From positions 1 through 64,000 of the IMG/VR virus record IMGVR_UViG_3300046740_000358: a stretch of 64,000 nt of DNA; one strand, 5' to 3'. This stretch comes from a virus. This document shows positions 37,047 to 46,337 of the stretch, piece after piece. The notes beneath the pieces are model-generated. The model searched no databases. It saw nothing but the letters and a program-made list of their open reading frames with translations, and had not been told where the DNA came from. A program made the position numbers and the translations under genes. Numbering within the stretch: position 1 is the first letter of the stretch; every line of letters starts with the position of its first letter.

Positions 37047-38174
37047 CTACGTGGTGCCGTCCATGTAGTACATGTTGGTGACGCGCTTCACCTCGACACC
37101 GGAGAGGCGGAACTCGCCGGGGACCTTGACCTTGGTGTTCTCGAGTTGAGGCGCCAAGTAGGCCAGCGGCATCGGGATGTGGAAGACGAGGGTGTCTTCG
37201 TTGTTGACGTAGAACGTCGTGCGCCCCGTCGAGCTCGCGCCGGCGGTGGCCGCGGCGAAGATCGGGAGGATGGTCAACGGCTTGTTGGTGCTGGCCGTGT
37301 AGATGTTGTTCTCCTGGAGGAACTTCAGGATCGTGATGTTCGTCGAGTTCGCCGTGTTCAACGGCGTGACGGACAGGTACTGCCAAGCCAACTCGGGCAG
37401 GCCGACGGTGTCGGGCATCACGTTGAAGCCCGAGTTCGCGTAGACCTTCTGCATCCCGAAAGCGAAGTCGGTCAGGATCTCCGCCACGGAAGCGGCGGTA
37501 CTGCCGCCGATGCCGGCCGCGCCGGTCCAGTTCTTCGTCGAAGGGGTGACGGCCGACGTCACGCCCGCGTTGTTCAGGAGTCCCGTGAGGGCCTTCGGGG
37601 TGTCGCCCAGCAGGCCGACGCGGTTGCAGAAGCGCTGGTACGCCTGCACCGACGCCTGGAACCGGCGCTCAGACAGCGGCGCCTTCAGCAGGGCCGTCGT
37701 CCGGATCTCCTGCTGCGTGAACATGTACCCGACCTCGGCGCCGTGGATGTTGAAGGTCTTCTCCGACCAGGACACGTCGGCGTTGCCCGTGTCGTTGGCC
37801 TGAGAGTCAGCCCACTTGGCCTGACCGACCTGGTCTTCGATCTGGTAGCGGATCGAGGTTGCCGCGGGCCCTGCTTCGCCCGTGATCGGCAGGAGCCGCG
37901 TGTACTGCATCGGCTCGTAGTACCGGGGCAGGATCTTGGCCTCGGTGTACGCGAGTTGCGAGACGAAGAAGGCATAGCCTTCCGCCGCGTCACCCGCGCG
38001 CGGGCGCCGGCGCAGCATCGCCTGCTGCTCGGACGGGCTCCCGACCACGGTGTACAGCAAGGGCCGGAACATGGCGTCGAGGGCTTCGACGCGGTCCTGG
38101 TTCACCCACGCTTCCTTCAACTCGCCCGGGGCAAGCTGCTCGTCGGCGACCAGCACTCTCTTCAGGTTCTTCAT
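37047..38174 (-). CDS. Major capsid protein (DUF2184 family)
   Basis: F..SQLAY.E, G..F..QE.R.A, GLLN..GV, T.L.FL..NN, F.IP.P. Confidence 0.92.
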   Translation of the reverse strand: MKNLKRVLVADEQLAPGELKEAWVNQDRVEALDAMFRPLLYTVVGSPSEQQAMLRRRPRAGDAAEGYAFFVSQLAYTEAKILPRYYEPMQYTRLLPITGEAGPAATSIRYQIEDQVGQAKWADSQANDTGNADVSWSEKTFNIHGAEVGYMFTQQEIRTTALLKAPLSERRFQASVQAYQRFCNRVGLLGDTPKALTGLLNNAGVTSAVTPSTKNWTGAAGIGGSTAASVAEILTDFAFGMQKVYANSGFNVMPDTVGLPELAWQYLSVTPLNTANSTNITILKFLQENNIYTASTNKPLTILPIFAAATAGASSTGRTTFYVNNEDTLVFHIPMPLAYLAPQLENTKVKVPGEFRLSGVEVKRVTNMYYMDGTT

Positions 38175-38224
38175 TTTGGTTGTCTTTCGCTTTGTGGTTG
38201 AAGGTGGTGGACTGGACCGGCCGA

Positions 38225-38776
38225 TTAGGTCGTGACGCGACCGCGGACGCCGAGGCCCTGGACGAGGAGACGCGCCAACGCGCCCGACGCCACCGTGTCG
38301 AGGTACTTCGAGTTCAAGAGAACGATGCGGCCCGTGGTGGCCACGCCGCCCTTGCTCGAGGCGAAGGCTCCGGCGGTGGCGTTGCCGGCGCCGCCCGCGG
38401 TGATGATCAGGCCCTCGTCGCCTTCGCGAACGGCCTCAGCGACCTGGACCCAGATGCAGCCCTCGATCAGGTACGGGACGTTCTGGTACTGGGCGTACGA
38501 CACCACGCCCGCCACCGAAGATGGCGCCACGATCGCGTTGCGAACGGAGATGCCCGCGTAGCGATCGCCGTCAGCCGCCCAGGGCTTGACCTGCTGGTCG
38601 GTACCAGCCGCCGGCGCCGCCGCTCCCGTCGCGGCGATTGCCACGCCGAAGTCGATGCCCGTCGCGCTGCTGTTGATTCCCGTGAGGACCCGCGCCGGGA
38701 ACTGCGCCGAGATCATACCCGCGTAGGCGATCTCGAATTCCCGTCCGCCAGCCGTTGCCAAAGTCGCAAGTGCCAT
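38225..38776 (-). CDS. Head decoration / cement protein
   Basis: A..G, I.FG.A, GI.V, G.IWV; between protease and MCP. Confidence 0.8.
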   Translation of the reverse strand: MALATLATAGGREFEIAYAGMISAQFPARVLTGINSSATGIDFGVAIAATGAAAPAAGTDQQVKPWAADGDRYAGISVRNAIVAPSSVAGVVSYAQYQNVPYLIEGCIWVQVAEAVREGDEGLIITAGGAGNATAGAFASSKGGVATTGRIVLLNSKYLDTVASGALARLLVQGLGVRGRVTT

Positions 38777-38833
38777 TGCTCATTCTCCTTGTAGTGGGGC
38801 CCGTTGTCCGTTTCGTTTCGTGGAGCGCGGGCC

Positions 38834-40183
38834 CTACTGCCGCGCCTCTTCGAGAACCGCTTCCGCCTCGGCGACCTTGCCCAGCCGGTGCAGCCGGTTG
38901 GCCTCGGTGACCGCATCCATGCCGGTGAAGCGCGGGGGCTTCCCGGCCTTCTGCGGCGCGCTGGTCGACGTCTCGCCGGCGCCGGCGCTGCCACCGCCAG
39001 CCAGCGCGGCGTCGCGGGCGCGGACGTCGGCGTCGTTGGCGCTGGCGTCACCCGTTCCGCGGAGGCGCTTGGCGATCGCGGCCGTCGTCGAGAACGTCGC
39101 GGTCACCACCTCGGCAGGAGCCTTGTCGAGCGCCACGGCCCCGAGGCCAGCGGTCACGATCGGCTTCAACTCTTCATCGTTCGCCATGATGGCCCCCAGC
39201 ACCTCGAGGCGGATCGCGGGGACCGTCTTCCCCTTGCTGTCGAAGTCCTTCACCAAGATCATCGCGTCGCCGACCACGGAGGTTCGTTCGATGGCGGCGA
39301 GCTCGACCAGGGCGGGGATGCCGTCCAGTTTCTTCTTGGCCTCGTCCAGCGCCGCGTCGGTCGCGCGCTTGGCGGCCTCGGCCGTGGACAACTTGCCCTC
39401 GGCAGCGTCGGCGCGCTCCTTCTCCATGTTGCGGCTCTTGGTCATGGCGTCGTGGGCCATGTAGCAGTCCTGCAGGCCGGTCATGTGACGGTCGTAGGCG
39501 TCCTGGACGTTGGTGACCTCGTTCTCGGCGACAGTGAACGAGAACCCCGGGACGGTGATGTCTCCGATCTTCTTGTCCTTCACGGTGATGCGCATGCTGG
39601 TCTCCTTGGTTGGCTGGGTCGGGTTGCGGTCCGCGATTCGAAGGGCGGGACCGCCCCGAGCCGCATCAACGATCGCTACGTGGTTGCCTGTGATCCCTCG
39701 CTGGATGCCGTCGTACGCCTGGCCGTTGAACGTGCCAGGCGTCATGTCGAGGTCGAAGTCGTACCCGCACGAAAGCTGTACGGTGCCCTCTTTCTCGACG
39801 ACGTCGATCGCGGTCTGGTCGCGGATCAGCAGCACGGCGGCGGTGGTGTCTCCGGCTGGCCGGACCTCGTGGACGTCGCCAGCGGCCACGCGCTTCCACT
39901 CTTTCGAGTCCACGCCCTTGGTCGGGTGCGTGACGGTGAGGGTGGCGCGCTCGAAGCTGGCCAGCGTGTCCTTCGAGAAGACCTCCGCCCGGGGGCGGAA
40001 GAGGCGGACCACGCGGTCGGGATCGCCGTCCGTCAGCCCGAGCTCGCGTGCGCGGTACGGCTGCACGTTGTCGGCCGTCGAGATCAGAGCAGGCGCAGAG
40101 AGGAATCCCTCGCGCGTGCGCGTCCGCTGGCTGGCGGTGCCGCGGAGATCCCACGTCGACAGGTCGACGACGGTGATTTTCAC
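38834..40183 (-). CDS. DUF2213 prohead protease / scaffold
   Basis: T.EGFL, RP..EVF...L.SF, T..HP, LSCGY, NHVAIVD.ARGG. Confidence 0.92.
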   Translation of the reverse strand: MKITVVDLSTWDLRGTASQRTRTREGFLSAPALISTADNVQPYRARELGLTDGDPDRVVRLFRPRAEVFSKDTLASFERATLTVTHPTKGVDSKEWKRVAAGDVHEVRPAGDTTAAVLLIRDQTAIDVVEKEGTVQLSCGYDFDLDMTPGTFNGQAYDGIQRGITGNHVAIVDAARGGPALRIADRNPTQPTKETSMRITVKDKKIGDITVPGFSFTVAENEVTNVQDAYDRHMTGLQDCYMAHDAMTKSRNMEKERADAAEGKLSTAEAAKRATDAALDEAKKKLDGIPALVELAAIERTSVVGDAMILVKDFDSKGKTVPAIRLEVLGAIMANDEELKPIVTAGLGAVALDKAPAEVVTATFSTTAAIAKRLRGTGDASANDADVRARDAALAGGGSAGAGETSTSAPQKAGKPPRFTGMDAVTEANRLHRLGKVAEAEAVLEEARQ

Positions 40184-40506
40184 GCGGCCCCCTTCGGGAC
40201 TTCGTTCACGGCGTCTTCGGCGGACCTCTGGATCGCGTCGGCGCGCGGAGAGTTCACGATCGCAGCGCGAATGCCCGTCAGCGCCCGGAGGGCACCGCCC
40301 GCATCCACCGCTTCGTTGGCCGCCTGTCGGATTTCATCCAATCTCGGGTACGAATGAGCAAAGGAGGACGCCGCCAGACGCCGAGCGCCCGCAATGATCC
40401 CGTCGTACTGCTCGACCTCTATGCCGATCACCTCAAGGAGGCGGCCAGTGCACGGATCGGCAAGCCACTTCTCCCACTGCGCGGGCGTGATCTTGAACTT
40501 GGTCAC
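40180..40506 (-). CDS. Hypothetical protein
   Basis: GTGA-coupled on both sides. Confidence 0.55.
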   Translation of the reverse strand: MTKFKITPAQWEKWLADPCTGRLLEVIGIEVEQYDGIIAGARRLAASSFAHSYPRLDEIRQAANEAVDAGGALRALTGIRAAIVNSPRADAIQRSAEDAVNEVPKGAA

Positions 40507-41408
40507 GCGGCCTCGCCCTCGCCGAACTCGTCCGGCAGATCGCCGAGGTTGATGATCGGGCGCGCGCCGCAGCGGCAGTTGATGTCCTCGCCCGGGTGGA
40601 CGTGATCGCCATCGACCAAGGGGCGCGCATCCCACCGGCACCGCTGGCCCTCCATGTCGAGGTGGGACTTGCGCTCGCGCTGGTCCAGCACGCCGGCCCA
40701 GGTGTACTCCTCGATCCCCAGCGACGTCTGGCGGACCTCATTGAAGGCCGCGTTCATCTTCGAGGTCTGGTCACGGGCGATCAGGCGAGCCCGGCGCTCG
40801 GTGATGTGGCCGATCTCGACGAGATCCTTCGCGAGGTCTTCCCAGCGCTGGCCGTCCACCCAGGCCCGCGTGACGGCGTTTCGCACCCGGCCGAGGTAGC
40901 GCTCCGGGATCGTGGTGATCAGGTCGGCGGCCGCCTGGGCGGCGTCGCGCATGGCGGGAACGATGGCATGGCCGATCGCGCTCGAGGGCTTCAGCAACTG
41001 CGAGACGTCCACGCGCACCGACTCGAAGATCGCCTTGGTCAGGCGCTCGTCGACGTTCGCCAAGTTCTTCTGGACCGCCAGCGCCGCGAGGTATTCGGCC
41101 TGCGCGCGGGTGTTGCCGATCTGGGCCGCCAGCGCGTCGAGGCGGCGTGTCCCGTGTCCCGGGAGGCTCGACCGCGGGCGCGGCGCCGCATCCCATGCGT
41201 GGGAGGGCTCCGCGAACATGGCCCGCAGATCGGCGATCGCGGCGGCGCCGGCGACCGTCATCCGCTTGACCAGTTGCAGGAGTTCCCAGCGCAGCCAGAT
41301 CTCGCTGGCCATGCTCCTTGAGATCGCCCGCAACCGCCGCTCGCGGTTTCGCAGCCGCGCCACGTGCGGGTGCGGCAAAACGAAGTGTCGGATCAGGGCG
41401 TGAGGCAC
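40503..41408 (-). CDS. MuF / SPP1 gp7-like minor head protein
   Basis: RARLIARDQT.K.N, Y.W....D.R.R.SH, HPG..INCRC. Confidence 0.92.
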   Translation of the reverse strand: MPHALIRHFVLPHPHVARLRNRERRLRAISRSMASEIWLRWELLQLVKRMTVAGAAAIADLRAMFAEPSHAWDAAPRPRSSLPGHGTRRLDALAAQIGNTRAQAEYLAALAVQKNLANVDERLTKAIFESVRVDVSQLLKPSSAIGHAIVPAMRDAAQAAADLITTIPERYLGRVRNAVTRAWVDGQRWEDLAKDLVEIGHITERRARLIARDQTSKMNAAFNEVRQTSLGIEEYTWAGVLDQRERKSHLDMEGQRCRWDARPLVDGDHVHPGEDINCRCGARPIINLGDLPDEFGEGEAA

Positions 41409-41463
41409 GGCTCGCGCAATGATAGAGGCACCGTCCGAGGCGCCTCAATGCACGGGACGTGCC

Positions 41464-41652
41464 TTATGTACGTACAACGGGAGGCAAGGCGAACGCTTTC
41501 AGGGCGGATTCGATCGCGTCTGTCAGCGTCATCTCCCGCGCGCGCGCTGCCTTTTCGGCCGCTTTTCTGACGTCGACAGGGATCCAGACGTTCACGCGGA
41601 CGTAGTTGCCGCCCTTGCTCCGATCGATGGTTTGCCGAGACCGTCGCGCCAC
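41464..41652 (-). CDS. Ribbon-helix-helix protein
   Basis: VRVNVWIP...RKAAE.AA....MTLTD.IE.AL; divergent from portal; start uncertain. Confidence 0.7.
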   Translation of the reverse strand: MARRSRQTIDRSKGGNYVRVNVWIPVDVRKAAEKAARAREMTLTDAIESALKAFALPPVVRT

Positions 41653-41708
41653 TCCAAGGATCCGACACCGTTTTCGCCCCGTCGTCAAGGCGGGTTACCA
41701 TGACGTCC

Positions 41709-43331
41709 ATGGCCACATTCTGGGATCGGGTGTTCCGCCGCCAACCTACAGCCGACGCGAGCTCCCTGGCTCCCCGGGCCCCCAGTGACGCGATGCTGGC
41801 CGCCATCGGGCGCGACAGCGCAGTGGCAGCGACGGCGCCGAGCCGCCCTGGCGTGTGGGACGGGATCCAGAACTGGGCCGCCGGCATCGGTGCCGGTCCC
41901 GACAAGCGCCTCGGGAATGCGTTCAACCCGATCGCGTTCCTGACCAGGCAGGAGTGCGAGGCGTACTACAACGGCGACTGGGTGATGGCCGCCGCGGTGG
42001 ACAAGCCCGTGGAGGACATGACCAGGAACTGGCCGACCCTCGTGTGGCCGGGCAAGGACAAGGACGAAGCGGCAACCAGCGCGCTCGCGGACGTAGAGGA
42101 CGAACTGCAGATCCGCGAGCACGTCGTCGAGGCCATGACCTGGGGGCGACAGTTTGGCGGCGCCGCCCTGATCCTCATCATCTCGGGTGAGGATGACTGG
42201 TCGCTCCCGATCGGGTACAAGCGCGGCGCCATCGTCGCCCCCGGGACGCAGCCCAACTATGACGCGATCGGCGTTGGGGATCTCGACCTCGTCTACCCGG
42301 TAGACCGCCACCGCCTTGCCCCCACCGGCATGGCCGACAACGCGCGCCGCGATCCCAGGACGGGCAAGTCCAACCAGAACTTCGGGCAGCCGCTGGCCTA
42401 CAGCTTCACGGACGAGGCGGGCATCAGCGAGTACAACGTCCACTGGTCGCGGGTGATCCGCTTCCACGGCAAGCGCCTGTCCCGATACGACTGGTGGCGG
42501 AACGGCCGCTGGCACGCGAGCGTGTTCCAGAAGATTCAGACCGACGTGATGGACTATGCCGCCTCCCGCGCTTCGACGGCGACGCTGGGCCTCGAGCAGG
42601 CGGTGGACATCCTGAACATCCCGGGGCTCGCCGAGAAACTGTCGACGCCCCTGGGCCGCACGCAGGTGATGGACCGCATCGCCTTCGGCGCGAACCTCAA
42701 GGGGCTCAACCGCGTCTGGCTGCTGGACGGCGGCAACAAGACCGTCAACCGTGACCCCGAGATGTACTCCCAGAAAAAGGTCGACTACAGCGGGTCGGCA
42801 GCGGCGTTGGAAAGTTGGATGTACATCATCAGCGGCGCGACGGGCGTGCCGGTCACGCGGCTATTCGGGCGCTCCCCGGGCGGGCTGAACAGCACCGGGG
42901 ACAGCGACATGAAAAACTACCGCGAGCAATGCGCGAACGGGCAACAGACCGACATGCGCCCCGCGCTGCTGCGCCTGTACGAGGTGGTGATTCGCAGCGC
43001 CATCGGCTACATGCCCGACGACCTCAAGATCGTGTTCCCCCCGATCGACGATCCCAGCCGCTCGGAGGCGGCCGAGATCTTGGCGAAGGAAGCGACGGCC
43101 TACAAAGCCTTCGTCGACATGGGGATGCCCCTCGGGATCGTCATGCGGGAGTTGAAGTCGAAGGGAACCTCGTTCACGACCCTCGAGGACGCCGACGTCT
43201 CGGCCGCAGCGGACCTCGACAAGCAGGACGCGGAGCTCGCCAAGGCGGGCGCGAAGGCGCAGGCGGCGGCGTTCAAGAAGGGCGAGGTACCGGGGGCGCC
43301 CGGCAAGACGAGGCCGGCGCCGGCGGAGTAG
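41709..43331 (+). CDS. Portal protein (DUF1073 family), inverted orientation
   Basis: Y..DW.....VD.P.EDMTR.W, W.R..GG, VH.SR...F.G, GA..VP.TRLFG.SP.G.N.TG..D..NY; leaderless TACCAT-7-ATG. Confidence 0.92.
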   Translation: MATFWDRVFRRQPTADASSLAPRAPSDAMLAAIGRDSAVAATAPSRPGVWDGIQNWAAGIGAGPDKRLGNAFNPIAFLTRQECEAYYNGDWVMAAAVDKPVEDMTRNWPTLVWPGKDKDEAATSALADVEDELQIREHVVEAMTWGRQFGGAALILIISGEDDWSLPIGYKRGAIVAPGTQPNYDAIGVGDLDLVYPVDRHRLAPTGMADNARRDPRTGKSNQNFGQPLAYSFTDEAGISEYNVHWSRVIRFHGKRLSRYDWWRNGRWHASVFQKIQTDVMDYAASRASTATLGLEQAVDILNIPGLAEKLSTPLGRTQVMDRIAFGANLKGLNRVWLLDGGNKTVNRDPEMYSQKKVDYSGSAAALESWMYIISGATGVPVTRLFGRSPGGLNSTGDSDMKNYREQCANGQQTDMRPALLRLYEVVIRSAIGYMPDDLKIVFPPIDDPSRSEAAEILAKEATAYKAFVDMGMPLGIVMRELKSKGTSFTTLEDADVSAAADLDKQDAELAKAGAKAQAAAFKKGEVPGAPGKTRPAPAE

Positions 43332-43333
43332 GG

Positions 43334-44773
43334 TCACCCGGCGTTCGGTCCGAAGGCGTCGAAGATGGACGAGGGCCCCTTCGCGATGTTCCAGCCGTTC
43401 GACATGGCATCCACCTGGTCGTCGTGGGCGTCGCCAACGCCCGTGAACTTCGAGCACTCGTCCAAGAACTTCCCCAGCCATTTCGGGGCGTCCTTCAGTT
43501 CGAAGGCGGGCACCAGCAGCCGACCGATGTTCCAAGCTGCGGCGGCCGGCTGGGCGCGGGTGAACTTGTCGCCGATAGGGACCACCTCGACGATCCGCTC
43601 GACGCCAAGTTCTCGGAGCATCTGCGGGATCGCCAGGAACGCCCCCACGCACTCTACCCCGATGGGGGTCTGCCCCCACTCCTCCTGGATGGCCAGCAGG
43701 TCACGCACGAACGCTGGGATCGTCTTCTGCTCGCGGTAGACGTAGCGAACGTAACCGATGATGTAGCGGCGGCCGTCGTCTTCGACGACATCCCGGATCG
43801 ACATGACCACCACCGCGCTGTAGTCGGCCGATGTCCTTTGGCTGGCAGCGGGGTCGGACATCAGGATGAGACGACACCCCTCGAAAGACGTTGTCGCAGG
43901 ATCGTAGTAGTGCGCCTCTCCGAATACGGATCCGCCGCGTGGGCGGGGGGCGCCCTGGTAAAGGGAGGCGAACGCGAACTCTCCGAGATCTTCCTCTCGT
44001 TCCTCGAGCTTCTTGAGCGGGTAGAGTTCGGGCCACAGCGCTTCGCCGGGCTGACGGTTGAGTGGATCGTCCTTCTCGGCGATGGCCGACAAGTTGATCA
44101 CCTTCCAGCCCTCGCGCTTGGAAAGGCGCCCGATCAGGTCGTCTTCATGCCAGCGGGTGTGGATGACGAACACCGACGCGCCCTCGAGCCGGGTCAGCGC
44201 CACCGTCTTGAACCAGTCGTCTACTTTCTCACGGAATACCTCGCTGTAGGCGTCAACCGGGCCCTTGAATGGGTCGTCGACGACCAGCATGCCCTTTATG
44301 CGCTGGCCCGTGAGGCCCGATCCGATGCCGCCGGCAAGCAGGCCACCTCCCTGCGTGGTGCGCCACTCGCTCTTGTTGTCGGTTGACTTCGAGATCTTGA
44401 TCCCAGCGCGCCCGGCGAGCTCGCGCGCCAGCACGCTTTTCGAATGCGCCTGCTGGGAGTTGTAGGAGAAGTAACCGTTCGGGTCGGACGGGTGCCGGGA
44501 CAACCACCAAGCGATCGCGTTCACGAACAGCGTGGTCTTGGCGTGTCCCGGGGGAAGCGAGATCAGGACGCGGACGGGCTCGAGTTGCGCGCGCTCAAGT
44601 TCCGCGATGATGGGGTAGAGGTGCCGCGGCGCCGGGTGGTGCGGGGACATCCGCGCGATGAAGTCGCGAAGCGACTCCCCGCCGCTCATCCCCTCCAAGC
44701 ATGTCAGAAGTTCGTTCTGCTCAGACTCAGAGAGGGTCGCCCACTCCTCAGGTGTCAGATCCGGAATGTCCAT
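43334..44773 (-). CDS. terL: Terminase large subunit
   Basis: LPPGHAKT, VVDDP.K, HTRWHEDDL.G, LYQ..P, DPA, HDDQVDA. Confidence 0.95.
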   Translation of the reverse strand: MDIPDLTPEEWATLSESEQNELLTCLEGMSGGESLRDFIARMSPHHPAPRHLYPIIAELERAQLEPVRVLISLPPGHAKTTLFVNAIAWWLSRHPSDPNGYFSYNSQQAHSKSVLARELAGRAGIKISKSTDNKSEWRTTQGGGLLAGGIGSGLTGQRIKGMLVVDDPFKGPVDAYSEVFREKVDDWFKTVALTRLEGASVFVIHTRWHEDDLIGRLSKREGWKVINLSAIAEKDDPLNRQPGEALWPELYPLKKLEEREEDLGEFAFASLYQGAPRPRGGSVFGEAHYYDPATTSFEGCRLILMSDPAASQRTSADYSAVVVMSIRDVVEDDGRRYIIGYVRYVYREQKTIPAFVRDLLAIQEEWGQTPIGVECVGAFLAIPQMLRELGVERIVEVVPIGDKFTRAQPAAAAWNIGRLLVPAFELKDAPKWLGKFLDECSKFTGVGDAHDDQVDAMSNGWNIAKGPSSIFDAFGPNAG

Positions 44774-45212
44774 CCGGCTTCTTTGTTCGAGCCTTGGCCC
44801 GTGCGATCAGTTCTGCCGCGCGGTCGCGCTTCTCCGCGGAACTCATCATCTGCACTTGGGCGATGGACAGGGGCGCTCCGTCCGGGCCAGCGACTTCGAT
44901 CTTGCGAGGACCCGTGACGTCCATCGTCTCGAAGACCATCTCGATCGACGGCTCGCGGCCGAGGAGAGCGTTCTTGTACAGCGACGCCATCACGTTCTCG
45001 ACACGGGGGACCTTGCGCGATCCGCTCTTGTCGGTGATGTCCTGAGCATCTGCAGCGAAGTAGTCCTGGACCTTTTGGCGCCAGTTCACGCCGGTCTTTC
45101 CGAGTGGGTTGAGCACCTGGCCTGGCTTGATGGGCCGTAGATTGGCGATCCGCCGCTCACGGGCCTCCGGCGTCTCCGTCCTCTTGCGCCGCGTCTTGGG
45201 TTGCCGTGCCAT
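44748..45212 (-). CDS. terS: Terminase small subunit (DUF5681-like N-terminus)
   Basis: NLRP.KPGQ..NP.G; EV.G.DG.PL; precedes terL; SD GGAGG. Confidence 0.75.
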   Translation of the reverse strand: MARQPKTRRKRTETPEARERRIANLRPIKPGQVLNPLGKTGVNWRQKVQDYFAADAQDITDKSGSRKVPRVENVMASLYKNALLGREPSIEMVFETMDVTGPRKIEVAGPDGAPLSIAQVQMMSSAEKRDRAAELIARAKARTKKPDGHSGSDT

Positions 45213-45302
45213 CGTTTCGGTGTCTCCTCCCGCCCATGATACCCTGAGACCTTGACACCCCGTCAATCTGACCGGGGGAACCTCACGTGAAGGAGCGCAA
45301 CC

Positions 45303-45413
45303 ATGGCGACGAAGAAGGCGAAGAAGACCGGGGCGAAGGGCAAGAACGGAAAGACGGGCGGCGGCAAGGGCGGCAAGCGTGCCGCGGGTGGTGGCGGCAA
45401 GGGCGGGGGCTAG
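45303..45413 (+). CDS. 36-aa Lys/Gly-rich peptide ending GKGGG
   Basis: SD AAGGAG; MATKKAKKTGAKGKNGKTGGGKGGKRAAGGGGKGGG*; absent from the ORF track. Confidence 0.7.
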   Translation: MATKKAKKTGAKGKNGKTGGGKGGKRAAGGGGKGGG

Positions 45414-45424
45414 ATAACCCTGGA

Positions 45425-45454
45425 GCCTCCCTCCTTTTGATTCAGGAGGGGGGC
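45425..45454 (+). promoter_or_regulatory. Stem-loop between the two peptide genes
   Basis: GCCTCCCTCCT pairs with AGGAGGGGGGC. Confidence 0.5.
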
Positions 45455-45468
45455 ACCCGAGGCACGCC

Positions 45469-45657
45469 ATGCCAACGAAATCCGGGATGCCCACGGCTGC
45501 TGAAAATAGGGCCGGGAACGAGTTCTTCAGAAAGAACGCGCTGAACAACGCCAAAATGCGCGCGCGGTACGCGGCCCGGAAGGCAGCAGCCGGAAAAGGC
45601 CGGGGCGCCAAGGGCGCGAAGCGCTCTGGCAAGTCCGCAGGCAAGGGTGGGGGCTGA
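45469..45657 (+). CDS. 62-aa basic peptide ending GKGGG
   Basis: ORF track; stop abuts the next gene's start. Confidence 0.7.
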   Translation: MPTKSGMPTAAENRAGNEFFRKNALNNAKMRARYAARKAAAGKGRGAKGAKRSGKSAGKGGG

Positions 45658-46332
45658 GTGAGTCAGCTTTCAGAATCGCTCGCGGTCCTCACGAGGGGCC
45701 GCGAGCTTTCTGATTCTGTCCTGGTCGCCTACTCGGGTGGCAAGGACTCGATGGTCGTGCTCGACATGTGCGTGAACACCTTCAAGCGCGTCGAGGCGTT
45801 CATGATGGAGTTCGTTCCCGGGATGCCCATGAATGACGAGCGCTGCGCCTACGCCAAGTCGCGCTGGGGCGTCACCGTCCGCCGCGGCTACCCGGATCCC
45901 TCGGGCGTCGCCGCCCTCGAGGAGGGCATCTTCTGCGACTACCCAAAGAAGAAAGGGAAGCCGCTCCACTACCGTCAGGTCCACGAGCTCGCCCGGCGTG
46001 ACAGCGGCGTCACCCTGGTAGCCACCGGCCACAAGCGCAGCGATTCCATGGGCAGACGGGCCGAGTTGCTTCGCGTCGAGAAAGACCCCCTGCGCCTGAC
46101 CCCCCTCGCCGCCTGGAACAAGGCCGACGTGCTGGGCTACCTGAAGGCCAAGAACATCCCCCTCCCCCGTGACGAGGGGCGCAACAGCAACGCGATCGGC
46201 CTGGGGGACAAGTTCCTCCTGTGGGCCTACGACCACAGCCGGCCCGACTTCGACCGGATCGCCTCCGTCTTCCTGTACGCCCCCGCATTGATCTGGCGCC
46301 GGACGTTCTACCCCGAGACTGCTGAGGACTGA
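45658..46332 (+). CDS. PAPS-reductase-like PP-loop (adenine nucleotide alpha-hydrolase) protein
   Basis: VAYSGGKDS; G.KRSDS..RR; PLA.W.K.DV..Y. Confidence 0.88.
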   Translation: MSQLSESLAVLTRGRELSDSVLVAYSGGKDSMVVLDMCVNTFKRVEAFMMEFVPGMPMNDERCAYAKSRWGVTVRRGYPDPSGVAALEEGIFCDYPKKKGKPLHYRQVHELARRDSGVTLVATGHKRSDSMGRRAELLRVEKDPLRLTPLAAWNKADVLGYLKAKNIPLPRDEGRNSNAIGLGDKFLLWAYDHSRPDFDRIASVFLYAPALIWRRTFYPETAED

Positions 46333-46337
46333 CCACC

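Noticed and set aside
41690-43345. Invertase-switched portal segment
   Set aside because: No flanking inverted repeats and no recombinase gene found.
45287-45544. 85-aa ORF from the track
   Set aside because: The overlapping frame starting at 45303 has a proper SD and the GKGGG end shared with the next peptide, so it is preferred.
45658-46332. Sulfate-assimilation cysH auxiliary metabolic gene
   Set aside because: Lacks the C-terminal ECG catalytic motif; the ParB/terminase context points elsewhere.
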